A stretch of DNA of 64,000 nucleotides, from contig JAHJQN010000003.1 in the NCBI GenBank assembly GCA_018819225.1, positions 192,001-256,000 on the forward strand, written 5' to 3'. Under the pieces are notes generated by a model that saw only the letters and a list, made by a program, of their open reading frames with translations, did not search any database and was not told where the DNA came from. Below are positions 57,457 to 64,000 of the stretch, piece after piece. Each line of letters starts with the position of its first letter. The first letter of the stretch is position 1. The position numbers were made by a program, and so were the translations under genes. This stretch comes from Candidatus Micrarchaeota archaeon (GTDB lineage: Archaea; Micrarchaeota; Micrarchaeia; Norongarragalinales; SBBD01).

Positions 57457-57662
57457 GATTCAAACGCCTTTTTCTCCCGCTTCCACGCATCCAGCTCGTG
57501 CTGACCCACCGTCTTCTCTTGATCGATAGCGCGTTCCTCGATACGGGATTGCTTTCGGCTCTTCATCCCATACACGTAATGAACGAAGACGAGTACGCCG
57601 ATCAACAAGAGAATCACCATACCCATGACTTCCAATAACTTCCAAGTAAACGCGTCCAGCAT
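57453..57662 (-). CDS. Small membrane protein (69 aa)
   Basis: One TM helix plus charged tail; ATGA overlap with the next gene. Confidence 0.55.
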   Translation of the reverse strand: MLDAFTWKLLEVMGMVILLLIGVLVFVHYVYGMKSRKQSRIEERAIDQEKTVGQHELDAWKREKKAFES

Positions 57663-57685
57663 ATGCTCGTCAACGCCTCCGAGAA

Positions 57686-58027
57686 TTAACGTTTGCGCTC
57701 TTTTTCGATGATCACGGCGGTTCCGTAAGCAAAAATGTCGAGCGTAGCCGGAAGAATCTGCGTGGAACCGAAGGAAACACCGACGACGGCATTCGCCCCA
57801 TGACGCTTGGCTTGCGACACGAGCTCGTGCACGATCTCTTTCCGCGCCTCGTTCATCATGTTACGGTACGCGGTCTGTTCCCCTCCGACTAACGACTTCA
57901 GAATTTCAACGATATCCATCAGAAAATTTTTCGAGCGCGCGGTCGAAGCCCATACGAGACCCCGATACGACTTCACACGATAACCCGGTACGGAATGAAG
58001 CGTGGAAACCAGCAAATCGTCGGCCAT
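57686..58027 (-). CDS. YbjQ/UPF0145 family protein
   Basis: STLHSVPGY.V..YRGLV, LVGGEQTAY, GANAVVGV, AYGTAV; GAGGTGA RBS. Confidence 0.92.
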   Translation of the reverse strand: MADDLLVSTLHSVPGYRVKSYRGLVWASTARSKNFLMDIVEILKSLVGGEQTAYRNMMNEARKEIVHELVSQAKRHGANAVVGVSFGSTQILPATLDIFAYGTAVIIEKERKR

Positions 58028-58031
58028 GGTA

Positions 58032-59432
58032 TCATTCACCTCTAAGGTACGCATCTTCCTTGAACACGTAATTCATTAATGCATCGCGCAACGTCTTATT
58101 GCGTTTCGCCTCTATTAATAGGTTTTCTTTCTCGATGAAACGCGCTTTTGAAAACGGCTTGACGAGATGCGACGCCACTGCGTATTGGGGAGGATGCTCG
58201 CGCACCTGTTCCAATAACTGCGTCGCCGTACGCATGGGACGCGGTTCTTCCACAACGACCTTGCTCCCTTCAACAAACGGACCCCGAATGCGTTTGGGAT
58301 GCGAATCCAGAAAACGCTCCAAATCCCCGTGGAAATAAACGGGCGGCCCATACACCTTATACAGCTTGCTCGACACCGCGTGCTCCAGCTCCAACAATAT
58401 GTAGCAAGAGTCCTTCGAAAGAAAGGATACCGAGTCGTGAACCGTGAAATCCTCGATTTCCAAGTGCTTTCGAAGCGAACGCTCGGTCCGACGGAGTTGC
58501 GGCACGAGAATATCCGAAACCAATGCGTCCGGGCGCGGGAATTCCGCCAGCACCAACGGCATGCGTTGCCTGAATCCTTTCGTCAATTCGTTAAACGAGC
58601 GTCGTTTCGAAACCGGGAAGAAAAAGCCGCGGCCGGGTTTCGCCGTAAAACGCCTGGCGAGAACAATAAATTTCGCTAGATTTTCCTCGCTCACCGCAGC
58701 GCCTGCGTTTCGCGTCGCGTCAATGAAATCCACGAGAACCAACGGAGACGGAAAGCGGCGCTGCATGTCCTCGGGAATGCCTTCGTAAGCGTTCTCAATG
58801 TCCAACAACACCGGCGGCCGCCAGTCCGACACATGCTCCAAAAGAGTAAACAAGTTGCGGAAATTAAGAATCAAGTACTCGCAAACCAAGCCAGAAAACC
58901 CTTGCACTTCCGCCTCGGCACCGTAAATGCCGTGGGACTTCAACAATTTCTTGAGCACGCGCACGTCGCGCCGTTGAAGGGCCGTCAGCTTTTCCTGCAA
59001 GTACGTCATGTGCAACGGCGTACGATCCACCGCGGAAATGATGCGTTCGCTCTTGGAAATCGTGTAGCACGGAATCACCTCTACTTTATACTGCCGGATG
59101 CGCGCTTGATAATAGGGGTGTTCCGCGTAATGCATTTCCCACGAAGCGGGAATGGCGGTTTGGAGCGCCTTCCCTAACGTTTTCACCAAATGGTCGCGGC
59201 TCTTGTTCTGCGGAAACCCGACGAACAAGTCGATATCCCGGTCGTTTTTCAGACCCGTATCGCGGGCCGTGGAACCCACGAAGCGCACGGAAACCGTTCC
59301 CCCCAACGCGTCTTCGATACGCGTCGCCAAGCGTCGGGCAAACCGTTTTTCCACGGCCGCTTCCACCGACGAAGGCGTGACGCGTTCGCTCACCCATTCG
59401 AAGATCTTCTCGGCCAATGGTCGTCGATCCAT
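58032..59432 (-). CDS. cca: CCA-adding enzyme (archaeal class I)
   Basis: VGSTARDT..DIDLFV, YAEHPY, SAVDRTPLH, GIYGAE..GFSG..CE, GPP. Confidence 0.95.
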   Translation of the reverse strand: MDRRPLAEKIFEWVSERVTPSSVEAAVEKRFARRLATRIEDALGGTVSVRFVGSTARDTGLKNDRDIDLFVGFPQNKSRDHLVKTLGKALQTAIPASWEMHYAEHPYYQARIRQYKVEVIPCYTISKSERIISAVDRTPLHMTYLQEKLTALQRRDVRVLKKLLKSHGIYGAEAEVQGFSGLVCEYLILNFRNLFTLLEHVSDWRPPVLLDIENAYEGIPEDMQRRFPSPLVLVDFIDATRNAGAAVSEENLAKFIVLARRFTAKPGRGFFFPVSKRRSFNELTKGFRQRMPLVLAEFPRPDALVSDILVPQLRRTERSLRKHLEIEDFTVHDSVSFLSKDSCYILLELEHAVSSKLYKVYGPPVYFHGDLERFLDSHPKRIRGPFVEGSKVVVEEPRPMRTATQLLEQVREHPPQYAVASHLVKPFSKARFIEKENLLIEAKRNKTLRDALMNYVFKEDAYLRGE

Positions 59433-59491
59433 GCCCCTCTCGATAGCATTAGTTCCTCCGCTTTAAAAGCATTAGCCGCCTCTGAAGACTC

Positions 59492-60229
59492 ATGCGCTTA
59501 AAAGGTCAAGTCGCACTCGTGACCGGGGGATCGCGCGGTATCGGAAAAGCCATTGTGCAACGCTTTGCGAAAGAAGGAGCCACCGTGGCGTTCACGTATC
59601 ACCACTCCAAGAAAAGTGCCGAAGCCGTATTAGAATCCATCACGCGCGACGGAGGTAAGGGAGCGATATGGAAATGCGACGTGGCCAAGCGAAATGAAGT
59701 GCAGACATTCGTGGAATCCGCAGTCAAACGCTTTGGAAGACTCGACATTCTCGTCAACAATGCGGGAACCGTTAAACCCGTTAACGATTTGGACGCAACG
59801 GAAACCCTCTGGGATGACATGCTGGCGATCCATTTGAAAGGCGTCTATTTCGGCATTCAGTCCGCGGTTCCGTTCATGAAAAGAAACGGGAAGATCATCA
59901 ACGTGTCTTCCGCGGCCGCCATCAAGGGAACGCAAGTCAGCCTGCCGTACGCGGCGGCAAAAGCCGGAGTCATACTGCTCACGAAGCAGCTTTCCCGCAC
60001 GCTGGGAGAAAAAGGGATTACGATCAATGCCATCGCTCCCGGCCCCATCGAAACGGATTTACTGAAATCGTTCGGTGCCCCCGGAAGACGCGAGGAATGG
60101 ATTCGCGACATTCCGTTGCATCGTCTGGGTCAACCCGACGATATTGCGAACATCGCGCTATTTCTCGCATCGCAGGAAAGTGGGTTCATCACCGGACAGA
60201 CCTTGATCGCGGATGGAGGAAGACGTTAA
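59492..60229 (+). CDS. Short-chain dehydrogenase/reductase (FabG-like)
   Basis: TGGSRGIG, NNAG, YAAAK, NAIAPG, ITGQTL.ADGG. Confidence 0.93.
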   Translation: MRLKGQVALVTGGSRGIGKAIVQRFAKEGATVAFTYHHSKKSAEAVLESITRDGGKGAIWKCDVAKRNEVQTFVESAVKRFGRLDILVNNAGTVKPVNDLDATETLWDDMLAIHLKGVYFGIQSAVPFMKRNGKIINVSSAAAIKGTQVSLPYAAAKAGVILLTKQLSRTLGEKGITINAIAPGPIETDLLKSFGAPGRREEWIRDIPLHRLGQPDDIANIALFLASQESGFITGQTLIADGGRR

Positions 60230-62313
60230 CTGTTTTTCTTCTTTCCAACCGGCTTCAACGGTTTTTTTACAGGAGCCATCGATTTCTGCCCCCATGACGC
60301 CTTGCTTTCGCAGTTAGGGAGCAAGCACATCTCGAACGGCCGTTTGCCTTTCCGAACCACTTTAATGACCGGGGTCTTGCAGAATAAACAGGCCTTGTTC
60401 GTCGCCAACACGGAACTGTTTTTCGGCAGTGAAAACGTGGTTTTGCATTCCGGATATTTGTTGCACGCTGCAAAAAAACCGAATTTCGATTTCTTGATGA
60501 CGAGTTTGCCTTCCGCGCATTTCGTGCACGCCCCCAATACGCGCTCGTCGCGACGGAACGCCACCAAACCTTTGGATAACTCCGCGCCGATCGCCGCTTC
60601 CTTCGAACGAAACTCGTTGAGAATCAGGGTCAACGCCTCCCGGCCTTCATCAATCACGTGTTGTTGTGCGACGCGGCCTTCTTGAATGGTTTCCATTTGC
60701 TTTTCAAACTTGCGCGTCAACTGCTCGCTCAAAATTTCGGGAACATGGGTTTGAAGCGCCTCGAATACCGACAAACCGAACGCCGTGACTTGAATGCTTT
60801 TGCGGTTCGTGAGATAGTTGCGGTTGAATAGCGTATCGATGACCGCGGACCGCGTGCTTTTCGTGCCGATCTTGTGTTTCTCGAGCTCCTTGACGACACT
60901 CGCGGGAGTGAATCGTTTCGGCGGTTTCGTCTCTTTTTGTTCCTCCCACACGCTCTGTACAGCGAGGCGCTCCCCCTCCTTAAACGACGGGAGGATATTT
61001 TCTTCTAACGGAGCGTACGGGGCATAAAAGGCCGTCCACCCCGGAGAAAGCGTGCGGATACCGGAAGCCAAAAACAATTGCGTGGCAACGGTCAAATGCA
61101 CTTTCGCACTCTCACGTTCCGCAGGAGGAGCAAAGCACGCGAGAAAGCGTTTAACCACCAAATCAAACAGTTTCTGTTCCTCCACACCGAGTTTGTGGAC
61201 TTGGAGACCCGTAGGATAAATGGCGACGTGAGCGGAATCGGATTTGCTGCCCTCTCGCGGTACGAAACGTTTGCCATCAATGAGTTGTTGCGCTAACGCG
61301 GAATACGAGCGATGTTGTTTCAGTAAATTCAAGATTTTCGGCAAACCCAGTTTAGTGGGCAGTTTCTGTGAAGCCGTTCTCGGGTAACTGATCAAGGCCG
61401 CTTCATACAAATTCTGCGCCACCTCGAGTGTTCGGGACGGCGGCATACTGAAACAGCGATACGCTTCCACCTGCAACGTCGTTAAATCAAAGGGAACGGG
61501 AGAAGGTTGCGGGAATCGCTTGACCTCCAGCTTCGCAATGACGCCTTCCGTTTGCAAATGGCACTCCGCCAAAATTTTTTTGGAAATCGCGTGATCGAAA
61601 AAGCGTTGTTTCTCGTGCACAAACACGATCTCCTTGGCTTTCGCGAAAACCTGCCAATAGACTTGCGATTGAAACCCTTGAATTTCCTTCTCGCGCCGAG
61701 ATAAAAGCGCGAGCGTGGGTCCTTGCACGCGACCAATGCTCAAGACTTTGAACGCCCCCGCTTTTTTCAGGGACGACATGAGGGCTCGACTCACGTTGAT
61801 ACCCCAATACCAGTCCAGGGTGTGGCGGGCTTCCCCCGCTTGAATGGATGGCGTGTCCAACGGACCCGCTTGTTCGAAAGCCTCTTGCAATTCCGACGGC
61901 ATCAAGGAAGAAAACAGCATGCGTTTCGCCTTCTTATTCGGAGCGAGGAAGCGAATCACATTACCCGCAATGAGACTCCCTTCCACGTCGTAGTCGCATG
62001 CGCTATAAACTTCATCCACTTGCTTGGATAACTGGCTTAACACGTTCACGTATTTTCGCGTGTACGCGCTCTCCTTGCGTTTGAATGCAGGCACCCAGTG
62101 AATGTCGAACGAAGGGTAACCCGGCGACTTGGTTTTTTCCGCGAGCGAGTACACGTGTCCGACGGCTGGAGCGACATAGATGTGCCGTCCCTCCCGATCG
62201 AATTCAAAGTAGGAAACGCCCTGCACCACTGTTTTTTTCGGGCTCGAACTCAATGCGAGGGCCATCTGTTGAGCGACTCGCGGCTTCTCCGTAATGATGA
62301 GCATTCGCGTCAT
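60226..62313 (-). CDS. topA: DNA topoisomerase I (type IA)
   Basis: TOPRIM IITEKP, AVGH, DYDVEG, SIGRVQGPTL, ISYPRT (catalytic Tyr), IGTKSTR, C-terminal zinc ribbons. Confidence 0.96.
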   Translation of the reverse strand: MTRMLIITEKPRVAQQMALALSSSPKKTVVQGVSYFEFDREGRHIYVAPAVGHVYSLAEKTKSPGYPSFDIHWVPAFKRKESAYTRKYVNVLSQLSKQVDEVYSACDYDVEGSLIAGNVIRFLAPNKKAKRMLFSSLMPSELQEAFEQAGPLDTPSIQAGEARHTLDWYWGINVSRALMSSLKKAGAFKVLSIGRVQGPTLALLSRREKEIQGFQSQVYWQVFAKAKEIVFVHEKQRFFDHAISKKILAECHLQTEGVIAKLEVKRFPQPSPVPFDLTTLQVEAYRCFSMPPSRTLEVAQNLYEAALISYPRTASQKLPTKLGLPKILNLLKQHRSYSALAQQLIDGKRFVPREGSKSDSAHVAIYPTGLQVHKLGVEEQKLFDLVVKRFLACFAPPAERESAKVHLTVATQLFLASGIRTLSPGWTAFYAPYAPLEENILPSFKEGERLAVQSVWEEQKETKPPKRFTPASVVKELEKHKIGTKSTRSAVIDTLFNRNYLTNRKSIQVTAFGLSVFEALQTHVPEILSEQLTRKFEKQMETIQEGRVAQQHVIDEGREALTLILNEFRSKEAAIGAELSKGLVAFRRDERVLGACTKCAEGKLVIKKSKFGFFAACNKYPECKTTFSLPKNSSVLATNKACLFCKTPVIKVVRKGKRPFEMCLLPNCESKASWGQKSMAPVKKPLKPVGKKKNS

Positions 62314-62414
62314 AAGAGGTAACAACAGCGTCTTCAGGATTTATAAGAAGGAGGGGTGCTGCAGATTCGGAGCAAGAAAAGCGATTATTAAAAAGAATCC
62401 GCATAAAATGGCAT

Positions 62415-63260
62415 ATGCCTAAATTATTCCTTCCATACCTGGAAGTGGCCGGAACCCAAAAAAGTGGGGTGGAAAAATTACTTGAACGTACGGTCCCTAA
62501 AGACATTCTGGCACGGCATCGCGAGCGATTATTCGGTACGCGCTACCCCATATTCCGAATCGCGATACGGCATCCAGCGGACATGCAATTGGGGGATTTC
62601 GAGCCCTTTCATCGCGCGATTTCTCACAGTCTTCAACAAGTCCAAGCCCGCCTCCAATACCCTCAAGAAGAGTTAGAGGTAGGCATTAAAGGCGGATTTA
62701 ATATTCAATCGCCGTATGGCGGCACACGATATGAAATCCTCCTTCCAGTGATGAGACAACGTCGCGTGCGCGACCTCGTCCTTGAAGTCCGTAAGGAATT
62801 GAAAAAAACGATCGCCTATCAAGCACTAAGAAAAAAATACGTTTTAACGCCCGCCCAAAAAAGAAAAGCCGCAAACGAACATTTGAGTCCGATGCCCCCA
62901 TGGGAATTGCGGATCAAAGACTATGAAGGACGCCCCCATGTCGTCATGGGACATCCTACACACCTAGAACCGGAAGAACGCGAGGCGTTAGGGAAAGCCT
63001 TTGTGACCATGATTCAAACCGCGCTCCGTCAGCACGACGTATACACCCCACCCTCCTGGAAACCCAAGGCACTGGAAACGTTTCGTTCCATTCGACGCGG
63101 TCGCGAAATTCGGGTAGGGGCCGCAGTTCCTTTACCCGACGGTATATTAGGCGGCCGAAATCGAGAACGCCGTGACGATGTGTTGGATACACTGGATGCG
63201 TTCATAATGGCATCGGATACGATGGTTCGCCTGCGGGAAAAGTACAAAGATCAAGACTGA
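62415..63260 (+). CDS. Hypothetical basic orphan protein (281 aa)
   Basis: Long ORF with TATA-like TTATTAAA about 25-30 nt upstream; no recognisable family. Confidence 0.65.
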   Translation: MPKLFLPYLEVAGTQKSGVEKLLERTVPKDILARHRERLFGTRYPIFRIAIRHPADMQLGDFEPFHRAISHSLQQVQARLQYPQEELEVGIKGGFNIQSPYGGTRYEILLPVMRQRRVRDLVLEVRKELKKTIAYQALRKKYVLTPAQKRKAANEHLSPMPPWELRIKDYEGRPHVVMGHPTHLEPEEREALGKAFVTMIQTALRQHDVYTPPSWKPKALETFRSIRRGREIRVGAAVPLPDGILGGRNRERRDDVLDTLDAFIMASDTMVRLREKYKDQD

Positions 63261-63264
63261 CAAT

Positions 63265-63993
63265 CTATTTCAACAGCGTATACTTGCTGAGATAGATCTG
63301 CGTCTTCAGTACCTCAAGAAACGGAAGGACGAGAAGCGCGTTGACGATCACGGCAAGAAAACGGGCGATGCGGAAATCGGCAAATAACAGGAAAAAGAAG
63401 GAGACAAACAGAACGAGAAAACAAGCGATGGCGAGAAACGCAATCAAATACGGGAACTTGAGGAAGCTCAACGACAGGCTGCGCCGAATGCTCGCACTCA
63501 AACCCGATTCCTCGATCACCATGGCTTGCGGGGCAAACAATATGGCGAGCGACAACAGCAATGAAAACAAGAGGCCGAAACTGGATGCCAACCCCGTATC
63601 GTACAAGAACAAGTTGGCGATAAACGACAACACGAATACGGATAAGAAGAGCGTGAAGAGTTGCAGCGTATGCACCTCGATTTTTTCCTTCTCGTAGTGC
63701 GTCAGACGAATCAAGGTCCGCTGGCTTTTAATGATGAGATTGATCCCCACCAACGCAAACGAAAATAACGCCAACGAAATCAAGAACACGCCCACAACAA
63801 ACCCCGCCTCCAGGGACGAAAGATCGGTTCCAATGCTGCCATAACGGAGGAAAATGCCCCCCAACGAAATAAAATTGGGAAGCAGCAAGGACAGAGGGAA
63901 CATGATGGCGAACGGTAAACTGAAGAACGAAATCAGCCTCCAATTCCTTCGGTACGATTGAAACGCATGCTGTAAAACGACGGTAAACGACAT
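63265..63993 (-). CDS. Hypothetical polytopic membrane protein
   Basis: About six TM helices; QHAFQSY and SIRRSLSL patterns of generic archaeal membrane families. Confidence 0.7.
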   Translation of the reverse strand: MSFTVVLQHAFQSYRRNWRLISFFSLPFAIMFPLSLLLPNFISLGGIFLRYGSIGTDLSSLEAGFVVGVFLISLALFSFALVGINLIIKSQRTLIRLTHYEKEKIEVHTLQLFTLFLSVFVLSFIANLFLYDTGLASSFGLLFSLLLSLAILFAPQAMVIEESGLSASIRRSLSLSFLKFPYLIAFLAIACFLVLFVSFFFLLFADFRIARFLAVIVNALLVLPFLEVLKTQIYLSKYTLLK

Positions 63994-64000
63994 ATTCGTC

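Overview
Gene-dense archaeal chromosomal segment. Archaeal markers include TFB, TFE, eS8, Gar1, proteasome beta, aCPSF1/FttA, archaeal ThrRS, class I CCA enzyme, KEOPS Pcc1 and Cgi121, and a Methanococcales/Thermococcales-type S-layer protein. Scattered housekeeping genes, many basic orphan ORFs and an intron-containing tRNA suggest a DPANN archaeon, most plausibly Micrarchaeota (inference only). No transposase, integrase, prophage, rRNA or CRISPR array was seen. Main points of interest: (1) a divergent hsp20 / wHTH-grpE-dnaK locus whose intergenic region has three AG(T/C)A-N3-TACT palindromes at exact 21-bp spacing, a candidate undescribed heat-shock repressor/operator system; (2) a wHTH protein with a DnaJ-type zinc finger followed by a stand-alone Cas2/PaaX/ChrB-like protein; (3) a three-gene cluster of Cys-rich surface proteins with a disulfide-rich PKD-like repeat; (4) a highly structured leader of about 220 nt before the S-layer gene; (5) an initiator tRNA-Met with a 17-nt T-loop intron; (6) an unannotated 49-aa SWIB-like mini-protein; (7) an MsrQ-like / cytochrome b5 lipoprotein / MsrA redox cluster; (8) a CBS plus HPF-like hibernation-factor candidate. 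All family assignments come from motif recognition by eye, not database searches.
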